Source: Anaerolineae bacterium (lineage in GTDB: Bacteria > Chloroflexota > Anaerolineae > JAFGEY01). Taken from it: 64,000 nucleotides of DNA. The notes under the pieces were generated by a model. That model was not told where the DNA came from. It ran no database searches and worked only from the letters and a program-made list of their open reading frames with translations. The stretch is taken from NCBI GenBank assembly GCA_016783145.1, contig JADHXD010000004.1:5736-69735 (forward strand). Reading direction: 5' to 3'. A program made the position numbers and the translations under genes. Shown piece after piece: positions 15,588-25,226 of the stretch (position 1 is its first letter; the number at the start of each line of letters is the position of its first letter).

Positions 15588-17624
15588 ATGAAGAACCAGA
15601 TAAGGCGCACACTTGTTTCTGTAGGGTGGGGAGTGCTGGGTATCTTGCTCCTCACGATCCTCCTTCGACCGGCCACTGCTCGAGTGATGGCCGGAGAGCA
15701 AGACAAAGCATCCTTCCCCGAGATCACAGAGAGCGCTGCCCTGGATCAGGGAGACTGGCAGGTCCTGCTGCTCGATGCATTCGACAGCGACCCGGAGGGA
15801 GACATCACCTCGACCGGCAGCGCAGACTATTCGTGGGGCAGGGTCATCACCGGCAGTGAGGGGTTCACCGACACACTGTGGTGCGTGCAGGGCGCGCAGG
15901 GCGCGTCGCTGACCGCAGGGCTCGATCCGTACACCAATGGCGTCACCACGACCCTGACCTATGGTCCGCTCGATCTGCGCGGCACCCAAGTCGAGCTCCA
16001 GTTTGCTCACTGGATCTCTGTGTCCGAGCCCGATGGACTGGAATGGGGGGTTTCCTCGGACGGCGGGGTCTTTACGTACACAGAGGTGAGCGCGGAACCG
16101 GCTGCCGAATGGTACACGACCACCCTGAGCAACGGAACATCGACTGCGCTGGCTGGCTTGCTGGGCAGCGACAGCGCACACATTGCGTTTCGCTTCCAGA
16201 GCAACGACGACGACCAGCTAGGCCAGGGCGTCTTCCTGGACAACGTTCGCGTCCGCGTGCAAGAGGAGATCACCGCGGCGTTCACCACAACGGCGCCGGC
16301 TTGCCTGGAAAGCAGCGTCCACTTTAGCGACACCAGTTCAGCCACCAGCGGCATCGCCGGGATCGAGTGGGACTTTGGGGATGGGATCACCAGCACCACG
16401 CCCATCACCGACCACGTGTACGCGAGCGCCGGCACCTACACCGTGTGGCTCACAGCCACGAGCCAACTCGGCTCGCAGCTCGCAGCGTCGATAGACGTTC
16501 AGGTGTCCGAGCTGCCGACGCCTGCCATAGCGGTCAGCAGCCTGAGCACCGAGGTAGGCATCACTCTCTACTTTACCGACACGGGCGGGACGGACACCGA
16601 TCTGCGGCAGTGGGACTTTGGCGACGGGAACGTGACGCCGCCCACGGCATCCCGCTATGCGCAACACGTGTATCAGCTTGGAGGTCCCAGGACTGTCGTC
16701 CTCACCGTCACATCTGCGGACACTGGCTGCTCGAACACAGCGCAGAAGACCCTTGCGGTCAGGGCGAAGCTACATCTGCCCCTGATCACCAACAAGCTCT
16801 GGCTCGGGTACTATGACGACTTTAGCGACCCCGACAGCGGCTGGCCCACCTGGCACAAGCTGACCCATAACTCGGACGGCTCCGAGTCCGAGAACCATCG
16901 TGGGGGGTACCTGATCGAACGAGGAAGTGCACAGATGCTCACCGAGCTGGCTGCCGCAGAGAGGCCGCTCGGGGTGTACGAAGAGATCACGGACGATGGC
17001 GAACGCGCCGTATACGTCAAGAGAGCGGGTGAACTCTCGGTGTCGCCCACTGAGATAGCGGCCGACGAGGACGAGGAAGTGTTCTACGCGGTCGTCCGAG
17101 ATGATGGCGACGAGGTGTTCCTGACCAGCCCGAGGCAAGTACCCGCTGACTTTGTGTACACAGTGTGGGCGCGATACGTTTGGATCGAGCGGAGGTTCTG
17201 GGGAAACGAGTACGGGATCTTGATCACCAAGGACCCGGTCCATCCGGGCGACGCAAAGACCGTGCAGGGATACTCGTTCCAGGCGCAGCTCAACACGAGC
17301 ACGGACGGTGGTTTTGCCCCGGCCAAGTTTGTGGCTAAACGGTGGGACCGCGTCAACTGGAAAGGCGGCGCAGCAGGCGTCTTGCGGTACACGCAGGACA
17401 ACCACGGCTACTTTGATTCAGACGTCGGTGCTTGGAACAAGTTCACCATGGTGCGATATGGATCGACCTTCAAGTTCTATATGAACGATCACCTGATCGG
17501 CGAGGAAGAGGATACCAAGTACACGGGTCCTATGTATGTAGGATTCTTTTTCGCCCACACCAGGGATGCATCCTACGATGTCATGGTCGAGTGGGACGAC
17601 GTGGCAGTCACGAAATATCCCTGA
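15588..17624 (+). CDS. Secreted protein with an N-terminal jelly-roll-like domain, two PKD repeats and a C-terminal LamG/DUF1080-like domain
   Basis: ORF 15588..17624 with a signal peptide (LGILLLTILLRPATA). PKD repeats are WDFGDGITSTTPITDHVYASAGTYTVWLTATS and WDFGDGNVTPPTASRYAQHVYQLGGPRTVVLTVTS. After the HLPLI motif, the C-terminal domain is collinear with the protein at 41209-41970. Confidence 0.85.
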   Translation: MKNQIRRTLVSVGWGVLGILLLTILLRPATARVMAGEQDKASFPEITESAALDQGDWQVLLLDAFDSDPEGDITSTGSADYSWGRVITGSEGFTDTLWCVQGAQGASLTAGLDPYTNGVTTTLTYGPLDLRGTQVELQFAHWISVSEPDGLEWGVSSDGGVFTYTEVSAEPAAEWYTTTLSNGTSTALAGLLGSDSAHIAFRFQSNDDDQLGQGVFLDNVRVRVQEEITAAFTTTAPACLESSVHFSDTSSATSGIAGIEWDFGDGITSTTPITDHVYASAGTYTVWLTATSQLGSQLAASIDVQVSELPTPAIAVSSLSTEVGITLYFTDTGGTDTDLRQWDFGDGNVTPPTASRYAQHVYQLGGPRTVVLTVTSADTGCSNTAQKTLAVRAKLHLPLITNKLWLGYYDDFSDPDSGWPTWHKLTHNSDGSESENHRGGYLIERGSAQMLTELAAAERPLGVYEEITDDGERAVYVKRAGELSVSPTEIAADEDEEVFYAVVRDDGDEVFLTSPRQVPADFVYTVWARYVWIERRFWGNEYGILITKDPVHPGDAKTVQGYSFQAQLNTSTDGGFAPAKFVAKRWDRVNWKGGAAGVLRYTQDNHGYFDSDVGAWNKFTMVRYGSTFKFYMNDHLIGEEEDTKYTGPMYVGFFFAHTRDASYDVMVEWDDVAVTKYP

Positions 17625-17670
17625 CAGCGGGCAACCGCTCGTGACAGGCGCTCAGAACCGCACGGCGTTG

Positions 17671-17696
17671 TTGCCCTGAGCGCCGAAATCGCATAC

Positions 17697-17699
<3 letters not shown>
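17671..17699 (+). promoter_or_regulatory. Candidate promoter for pyrG
   Basis: TTGCCC (17671-17676), 17 nt, then TACAAT (17694-17699). It sits about 78 nt upstream of GTG 17777. Confidence 0.4.
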
Positions 17700-19417
<1,718 letters not shown>

Positions 19418-19513
19418 ACGGCCCCTGATCGTCACTCCCGCACCCGCAGATCCCGCTCTCCCGCAGCAGCGGTGCGGGTTCGGGAGGTAACCAGGACGGT
19501 GACGGACAGCAAA

Positions 19514-19553
19514 GCGCACACCGCCACGCCTGCACAAGCGTGGCGGTGTGCGC
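19514..19553. terminator. Bidirectional terminator hairpin between convergent pyrG and tatC
   Basis: GCGCACACCGCCACGC (19514-19529), loop CTGCACAA, then GCGTGGCGGTGTGCGC (19538-19553). This is a perfect 16-bp stem with AAA/TTT flanks. Confidence 0.65.
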
Positions 19554-19577
19554 CATTTGGGTTGAGCAAAAGCGTCC

Positions 19578-20375
19578 CTATCCCTGGGCAGCCACTGGCT
19601 CCTGAGCCGCTTGCTCCGTCGTCTCCCGGGGCTGGACCAACCGCGCCAGCAGAATCCCCAGAAAATACAGGGTCACCAGGGGAGCCATCACCAGCCCCAT
19701 GTTGAATGGATCGGGCGTCGGGGTGATAAAGGCGGCCAGGATGGCGATAGCCACGAGGGCAAACTTCCACACTTGGAGCATCTGCCTGGCAGTGACCACT
19801 CCCAGCCTGGCAATGAACGCCATCACCAGGGGCATCTCAAAACTCACCCCCACCCAGAAAATCAGCCCGGTGACAAAAGGCAGGTATTCATCTATCATCC
19901 ACTTCTGAGCGACAATGCCTGACCCAAAATACCTGTCCGAGAAACCGAGCAGGAACGGTATGGCAGTCGGAATCATCACAAAGTAGGCAAAGAGCACCCC
20001 GGTGAGGAAAAAGAACGTGGCGCCCGGGATGATCCACACCAACGACCTCTTTTCTCTCTTGGTCAGGCCTGGCAGGATAAAGAGTAGCACCTGGTGGACG
20101 ATCCAGGGCATAGCCAGGACCGCGCCGGTGAATAACGAGATCTTCATAAACAGCCCGATCATCGTCGTCGGCTTGGTGGCGATGACCTCATAGCTGCCTT
20201 CATACTTTTGCATCGGCCGCAGCAGCCAGTTCAAGACTGTGCTGGCCAGGACAAAGCTTGCCGCGCTCCAGACAATGATCGCGAGAGCGATGCGAACAAT
20301 ACGATCCTTGAACTCGTTGAGGTGCTCAAGGAGCGTCATCAGCTTTTCGTTGTCTATCTGACCGACCTCGCTCAT
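19578..20375 (-). CDS. tatC: Twin-arginine translocase subunit TatC
   Basis: ORF 19578..20375. It is a multi-TM protein with TatC-type blocks (LFILPGLTKREKR, FEMPLVMAFIARLG). The ATG overlaps the upstream stop as ATGA. Confidence 0.93.
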   Translation of the reverse strand: MSEVGQIDNEKLMTLLEHLNEFKDRIVRIALAIIVWSAASFVLASTVLNWLLRPMQKYEGSYEVIATKPTTMIGLFMKISLFTGAVLAMPWIVHQVLLFILPGLTKREKRSLVWIIPGATFFFLTGVLFAYFVMIPTAIPFLLGFSDRYFGSGIVAQKWMIDEYLPFVTGLIFWVGVSFEMPLVMAFIARLGVVTARQMLQVWKFALVAIAILAAFITPTPDPFNMGLVMAPLVTLYFLGILLARLVQPRETTEQAAQEPVAAQG

Positions 20376-21670
20376 GCGGGCTCCTCTACAGACACCGCCG
20401 TCGAGCTTGCTTCAGCCGACATGGTGGCCGCGTGGTCCACCTGTGCCGTGGCTGCGGGGCCTTTCGAGGCAGGCACGTCCTTTCGGAGAATCTCAAGTTC
20501 GCTCTTGAGAGCCTGTATCTCTCGGTTCAATACGGTGACCTGGATGCTCAACTGCGTGAACTCGCTGTAGGTGATCCCATCTCGTGCGGCTTTTCCTTGT
20601 GTGGACCGCTGCGCCGGGTCGGTCGCGGGTTCCGCGCCCAGGGAGGTACCGGCGGCCATCGCGACTTGTGCCGATCCCTCGCCCTGCTCGGACTGGGCCG
20701 CAGCGGAGGTGGGTTGCGCCTCGGGGGATTTGTCTCTCTTCTTGCGCAGGTCCTCGAGGATGCGCTGGGTCCGGTCAAACGCGCTCTCTTGCTCTTTTCC
20801 CGGCTCTGCCTCTTGGACAGATGCTGGCTGCTCGCTCGGATCGTGTTCAGCAGGGACGGACGTGGGCTGCGACTCCCCGATCCCACTCCTCTTCTTGCGC
20901 AGGTCCTCGAGGATGCGCTGGGTCCGGTCAAACGCGCTCTCTTGCTCTTTTTCCGGCTCTGCCTCTTGTGCCGCCTCAGACAAGCTTTCTCCCGCTGGTG
21001 GAGCGCTCGGCGTCCCTACAACTTCTGGGGCTTCTTGGGTCTCTTTCTTGGGTTGCGCCTTGGGGCCAGAGCTGCGGCTCATGATCTCCTGGACGGCCTG
21101 CATGTTCCTGGTCCATTCCGGATCCTCATCCCCGGTCCCTTCTGGTTCTGTGTCGCCCTGATCAGCGGCCTGGGCCCCTGAACGCTTTCTGACCAAGTCG
21201 TCCAGGATCTGCTGGGTCTTGGCAAGAGCAGCCACCTCTCCCCCGGCAGTCCCCGCTGCGTCTTCGGCGGTACGTGCGACCTCTGTGGCCCGGGACGCCC
21301 CCGCTGCTTCGGGGCGTGCTGTCTGTGCTCCCCGCAGTACCTTCTGAGCACTGGGCGTTGCTTCGTTTACCGTCCCCCGCGCCTCCTCAATGGTCTGGGA
21401 GATGTCCTGCCGCGCTGTGTCCAGCGAGCTAGAGATCTCGGCCTGTGCAGCCACGATCTCGTCGCGGATTCCTTTGACCTCTGCGACTGCATCCCGGATG
21501 ACGAGTGCCTCTTCGCTCCACTGGTTCATAAAGGCCTTGGAATACTGGGTGAGGCTTGACAACCAGCGACCGAGACGCGCCCCCATCTGGGGCAGGCGTT
21601 CTGGGCCAAAGAACAAAAGGGCAAAGAGCGCGAGGATGAGGAACTCGCCCATCCCGAAATTGTCTAACAT
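20372..21670 (-). CDS. TatA/TatB-family protein with a ~370-residue acidic, repeat-containing C-terminal extension
   Basis: ORF 20372..21670. GAGGTG lies 8 nt upstream of the ATG. The N-terminus GEFLILALFALLFFGPERLPQMGARLGRW is the TatA/B TM plus amphipathic-helix signature. The remainder is E/A/Q/P-rich with repeated ..KEQESAFDRTQRILEDLRKKR.. units and a C-terminal coiled-coil-like segment. Confidence 0.8.
   Translation of the reverse strand: MLDNFGMGEFLILALFALLFFGPERLPQMGARLGRWLSSLTQYSKAFMNQWSEEALVIRDAVAEVKGIRDEIVAAQAEISSSLDTARQDISQTIEEARGTVNEATPSAQKVLRGAQTARPEAAGASRATEVARTAEDAAGTAGGEVAALAKTQQILDDLVRKRSGAQAADQGDTEPEGTGDEDPEWTRNMQAVQEIMSRSSGPKAQPKKETQEAPEVVGTPSAPPAGESLSEAAQEAEPEKEQESAFDRTQRILEDLRKKRSGIGESQPTSVPAEHDPSEQPASVQEAEPGKEQESAFDRTQRILEDLRKKRDKSPEAQPTSAAAQSEQGEGSAQVAMAAGTSLGAEPATDPAQRSTQGKAARDGITYSEFTQLSIQVTVLNREIQALKSELEILRKDVPASKGPAATAQVDHAATMSAEASSTAVSVEEPA
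20736..20815. repeat. Intragenic direct repeat, copy 1 (80 nt)
   Basis: ctcttcttgcgcaggtcctcgaggatgcgctgggtccggtcaaacgcgctctcttgctcttt... It is 79/80 identical to 20889-20968, at an offset of 153 nt (51 codons). Confidence 0.9.
20889..20968. repeat. Intragenic direct repeat, copy 2 (80 nt)
   Basis: See copy 1. There is a single C/T difference by my alignment. Confidence 0.9.
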
Positions 21671-21682
21671 CTCTTGAACACC

Positions 21683-22132
21683 TCAGCTAGTGTCAACCCG
21701 TTTTCGCCTTCTCCCACGCTTGAGTGCCGGCGCCTTCTGGCTCAGCAGGGCTCCCAATACCCCGTTGACAAACCTCTGCGAGCTGTCGCTGCCAAACATC
21801 TTGGCCAGTTCGACAGCTTCGTTGATGGCGACTTTGGGGGGCGTGCCCTGGTCGATCAGAAACTCAAAGAGCGCGATACGCAAGATGTTCCGATCAATGA
21901 TCGCCATCTGCTCAATCGGCCACTCGGGCGCGTATGTGCTGATCATCTCATCCAGTTGCGCCTGGTTGGCGAGCACCCCCTGGACGATCCCCAAGACGAA
22001 TGCTTGGCTTTCTGCGGGCAGCATCAGATCTTCCATACGCTGCTGCACCACATAGCCAACGGGGTGATCCGCACAGTCGATTTCAAAAAGAGCCTGCAGA
22101 GCTGCAATGCGTGCCTGTCGTCGAACCTGCAA
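21683..22132 (-). CDS. nusB: Transcription antitermination factor NusB
   Basis: ORF 21683..22132. RQARIAALQALFEID...IDRNILRIALFEFL...AINEAVELAKMFGSDSSQRFVNGVLG. Confidence 0.93.
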   Translation of the reverse strand: MQVRRQARIAALQALFEIDCADHPVGYVVQQRMEDLMLPAESQAFVLGIVQGVLANQAQLDEMISTYAPEWPIEQMAIIDRNILRIALFEFLIDQGTPPKVAINEAVELAKMFGSDSSQRFVNGVLGALLSQKAPALKRGRRRKRVDTS

Positions 22133-22252
22133 CCGCCAAACCTCCTAGGATCAGGTTCTTGAGCACGTGTCCCGCTATCACTGTAAGCGACACACCATCC
22201 TTGACCACCAGTCCCTCAGAAGCGCAGGGCAACCACCGCGCACACGACCAGG

Positions 22253-22606
22253 CTAGGCTTCGGCTGGGGGATAGCAGACGTCTTCCACGTGTACGTTGAC
22301 CTCTTCGATCTCCATACCCACCATCTTTTCGATGGCCCGAGTGACCTCTGCCTGCACGCGTCTTCCAATCTGCAGCATGCTGACATCGTGGTCGACGACA
22401 ATGTATAGATCCACCCTCACACGACTGTCCTTGACCCGAACCTGGACACCATCCCCCGTGTGCACGACGCCAAACACGCGGTTCATACCGCGAGTCCAGT
22501 CTACGCTCATTCGACGCACACCGCGAACATCCTGTGCGGTCAGTTGAGCGATCGTGACCAGGACCTCGGGAGCGATTGTCACCTTGCCAGGTACGTTTTC
22601 GTTCAC
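22253..22606 (-). CDS. Asp23/Gls24-family envelope stress protein
   Basis: ORF 22253..22606. GKVTIAPEVLVTIAQLTAQDVRGV...VDLYIVVDHDVSMLQIGRRVQAEVTRAIEKMVGMEIEEVNVHVEDV. Confidence 0.9.
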   Translation of the reverse strand: MNENVPGKVTIAPEVLVTIAQLTAQDVRGVRRMSVDWTRGMNRVFGVVHTGDGVQVRVKDSRVRVDLYIVVDHDVSMLQIGRRVQAEVTRAIEKMVGMEIEEVNVHVEDVCYPPAEA

Positions 22607-22646
22607 CGGTTTGAACTCCTCGTGGCTTGGATAAGGACCAGAACCA

Positions 22647-23594
22647 CTACAGGCATAGTCGGCTCAGAACTGAGATCTGTTCTTGGGCTTCAGTGATCAT
22701 GCGCTCGATCAACACCTTGACGGGAACGATGTCGTCGATCAAGCCACTGATCTGGCCACTCATCACCGAGCCGTGTTCGATGTCGCCCTCTTCGGCTGCC
22801 AGGCGAAGCTTGCCCGTGCCAAACGCGATCAGCTCTTCTTCGCTGATCCGGGCCGTCTGTTCCATCCGGGCCATTTCACGACTCATGCGGTTCTTGATCG
22901 TGCGAACCGGGTGCCCCAGAGAAGTCCCAGTGACAATGGTCGCCCGATCGCCCGCCTTGACGATCCGGTCCTTGTAATTGATGTGCACCGTGCACTCGGA
23001 AGTACAGATAAAGCGCGTTCCCATCTGTACGCCGACAGCCCCCAGGGCCAATGCTGCAACCAGTCCCCGGCCATCGGCGATTCCCCCGGCAGCAATGACC
23101 GGCACGTCAACCGCGTCGACGACCTGCGGGATCAAAGGCATCGTGGCCACGTCGCCCACGTGCCCACCCGACTCGTGCCCTTCCACGATCAATCCGTCCA
23201 CGCCCTGACGGGCAAGTCGTCGCGCCAGAGCGACAGAGGCAACCAGAGGAAAGACCTTGATCCCCGCTCTCCGCAAGGGGTCCAAGAACGGGCCAGGGCT
23301 GCCTGCCCCCGTCGTTACCACGGGCACTTGCTTCTCGATGCACAGGTCCACGACCTGCTCGGCAAACGGAGAGAAAAGGGGGATGTTTACGCCGAACGGT
23401 CGGTCCGTCCGTTCACGCACGGCATCGATCTGTCCAGCGACCCAGTCAGGCGGCGCGTTGCCACTGCCGATCACTCCCAGTCCGCCAGAAGCCGAAACGG
23501 CCGCAGCCAAGTCGGCATCGGCAACCCAAGCCATGCCCCCTTGGACAATCGGGTACTGAATGCCCAACAGAGCGCACAACGCAGTGCGTATCAT
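22647..23594 (-). CDS. NMO/FabK-family FMN oxidoreductase (enoyl-ACP reductase II or nitronate monooxygenase)
   Basis: ORF 22647..23738. ATG 23594 has AGGGAG upstream. LGIQYPIVQGGMAWV...GLIVEGHESGGHVG...VIAAGGIADGRG. Its position after rpmF fits a fatty-acid-synthesis context. Confidence 0.88.
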   Translation of the reverse strand: MIRTALCALLGIQYPIVQGGMAWVADADLAAAVSASGGLGVIGSGNAPPDWVAGQIDAVRERTDRPFGVNIPLFSPFAEQVVDLCIEKQVPVVTTGAGSPGPFLDPLRRAGIKVFPLVASVALARRLARQGVDGLIVEGHESGGHVGDVATMPLIPQVVDAVDVPVIAAGGIADGRGLVAALALGAVGVQMGTRFICTSECTVHINYKDRIVKAGDRATIVTGTSLGHPVRTIKNRMSREMARMEQTARISEEELIAFGTGKLRLAAEEGDIEHGSVMSGQISGLIDDIVPVKVLIERMITEAQEQISVLSRLCL

Positions 23595-23703
23595 CCCACT
23601 CCCTTTGCGGAAAACTGGCCTGCACGGATCTGCGGTCGACCGGCCTTGAGCGGATTGCCCTTTCCTGGCTTCTTCTGCGGAGACGCGGCGCCAATCAAGG
23701 GGG

Positions 23704-23742
23704 AAAACAAGGGCCGTGCTGAGTTGCCACGACGGCACGGCC
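23704..23742 (-). terminator. Intrinsic terminator after rpmF
   Basis: The minus strand reads GGCCGTGC, 15 nt, GCACGGCC, then CTTGTTTTCC. Confidence 0.5.
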
Positions 23743-23781
23743 TCAAGTCCGACGAAAGGGGTCTAGAACGCTACGTACAGC

Positions 23782-23958
23782 CTAGACATCAATAACTTGG
23801 ACGCCTCGATAGTTTCCGCAGGAGAGACAGACGTGATGAGGCAGCTTCTTTGCTTTGCACTGCGGACACTCGACAAGGCTCCTGAGCTTGAGAGCATCGT
23901 GTGCGCGCCGCCGGCCCCGACGACTTCTGGAAATCCTACTCTTTGGTACAGCACCCAC
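23782..23958 (-). CDS. rpmF: 50S ribosomal protein L32
   Basis: Not in the ORF track (58 aa, GTG start). My translation is [58 protein letters not shown]. This has the classic L32 N-terminus and a CxxC...CxxC zinc ribbon. Confidence 0.88.
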   Translation of the reverse strand: MGAVPKSRISRSRRGRRRAHDALKLRSLVECPQCKAKKLPHHVCLSCGNYRGVQVIDV

Positions 23959-24053
23959 TTGACCTACTCCTATCCGATCCCCTCAGGGAAGATTCTCGAT
24001 ACACAGCAACCAAGGCGGTGCAGAACAAGCCGCGACCGCCAACATGGTCGTGT

Positions 24054-24082
24054 ATTATAGGCAAGAGTACCGCTTGTGTCAA
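24054..24082 (-). promoter_or_regulatory. Consensus sigma70 promoter for rpmF
   Basis: The minus strand reads TTGACA (24082-24077), 17 nt, then TATAAT (24059-24054). The leader to GTG 23958 is about 90 nt. Confidence 0.65.
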
Positions 24083-24203
24083 GCCGGACCACTCAAGATA
24101 CAGGAACAACCCTTCCGCCGAGGCGTCCGGCGCTTTGTCGTCTTGAGGGCCCGTTCTTGGTGGTGGCTGAACACACTCAGCCGATCCTGTTTGAGCGAAA
24201 GGT

Positions 24204-24686
24204 TTACCGCGCCACTGGTTCGGAAGCCTCTTCGCTCTTGCTATCCAGCGTATAGATCCCGTTCTGCACGGTCTTGAGATGTTCGAGCAAATGCTCCTCC
24301 AATTGCTTGAGGACAGAGAGTGCATAGTCATCGGCGCCGTACTTGACCTCTTGCGCCTCGCGCTGTGCTCGCTCCAACACGACCTGGACTCTGTTCTCTG
24401 CCTGCGCAGTCACGTGATGGCTCGCAGTCAGCTCCTCACCCTGCTCTCGGGCCAGAGCGATGATACGCTCCGCCTCTTCGTTGGCCTGGGCAACGATCCG
24501 ATCTCGCTCTTGATACACGCGCTTGGATTTCCTGACCTCTTCAGGGATGGAAACCCGCATCTGGTTGATGATGTCAAAGCATCGCTCACGATCGACAATG
24601 ACGTTGGCCGTAAACGGCATCTGGCGGCTCTCGACCAGCAAGGCCTCCAAACGGTCTAGAAGCAGATGGATTTCGATGGCGATCAC
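24204..24686 (-). CDS. Coiled-coil protein (ATP-synthase-b/DivIVA-like heptads), function unknown
   Basis: ORF 24204..24686. It is a charged helical sequence (RIVAQANEEAERIIALAREQGEELTASHHVTAQAENRVQVVLERAQREAQE). It occupies the slot between coaD and rpmF where DUF177/YceD often sits. Confidence 0.7.
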   Translation of the reverse strand: MIAIEIHLLLDRLEALLVESRQMPFTANVIVDRERCFDIINQMRVSIPEEVRKSKRVYQERDRIVAQANEEAERIIALAREQGEELTASHHVTAQAENRVQVVLERAQREAQEVKYGADDYALSVLKQLEEHLLEHLKTVQNGIYTLDSKSEEASEPVAR

Positions 24687-24734
24687 CTCCCCTCATCTCT
24701 TGGTGCAAGTGCTACCTTGCTCATACCAAGGACA

Positions 24735-25211
24735 CTATCGGCATTTCTCCTCGAGGGCCCTCTGAACGTGAGCAGGCACCATGCTGGAAACATCCCCACC
24801 GGCGATGACGATCTCTTTTACGGTAGTAGAGCTCAGAAACGCACAGTGAAGGTTTGTGAACAGGCAGAATGTCTCAATGTCTGAAGCCAGGGCCTTGTTG
24901 GTCAATGCCATCTGGTACTCCAGGTCAAAGTCCGATGCCATACGCAGCCCACGGACGATGACCTGCGCGTTCTGAGTGTGAACGAGCTCCACGGTCGTGC
25001 AATTATAGTGGATCGCAGTGACGTTCTCCAGGTCACAGAGTGAACGACGCACCATCTCGGTCCGTTCTGCCGCGGTGAACAGGACTTTCTTTTGCGGCTG
25101 TGCATAGACAGCCACGATCAGACGCTCAAAGACATTGGCTGCACGCGTAGCAATGTCAACGTGTCCATTGTGTATGGGATCAAAGCTTCCGGGATAAACG
25201 GCAGTGACCAT
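24735..25211 (-). CDS. coaD: Phosphopantetheine adenylyltransferase
   Basis: ORF 24735..25211. AVYPGSFDPIHNGHVDI is the nucleotidyltransferase H.GH motif. Confidence 0.95.
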   Translation of the reverse strand: MVTAVYPGSFDPIHNGHVDIATRAANVFERLIVAVYAQPQKKVLFTAAERTEMVRRSLCDLENVTAIHYNCTTVELVHTQNAQVIVRGLRMASDFDLEYQMALTNKALASDIETFCLFTNLHCAFLSSTTVKEIVIAGGDVSSMVPAHVQRALEEKCR

Positions 25212-25226
25212 CGATGATCTCTCAGG

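Noticed and set aside
19529-19540. The 12-mer CCTGCACAAGCG is shared between the pyrG/tatC terminator loop and the 15320-15331 repeat region, which could indicate a REP-like family
   Set aside because: There are only two occurrences in 64 kb and the contexts differ (loop versus stem). Chance cannot be excluded without genome-wide counts.
20736-20968. Direct repeats considered as a possible CRISPR-like or minisatellite array
   Set aside because: There are only two near-identical 80-nt copies plus one degenerate copy. All are in frame inside a continuous ORF and encode a repeated peptide unit. No spacer/repeat periodicity typical of CRISPR is present.
22683-23795. 370-aa plus-strand ORF. The ORFs at 28784..29947 (387 aa), 10422..11432 (336 aa) and 13619..14455 (278 aa) are similar cases.
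   Set aside because: All are antisense to genes with clear family motifs (FabK-like, YloV, DUF3160, RdgB). Their composition is biased and they have no start signals.
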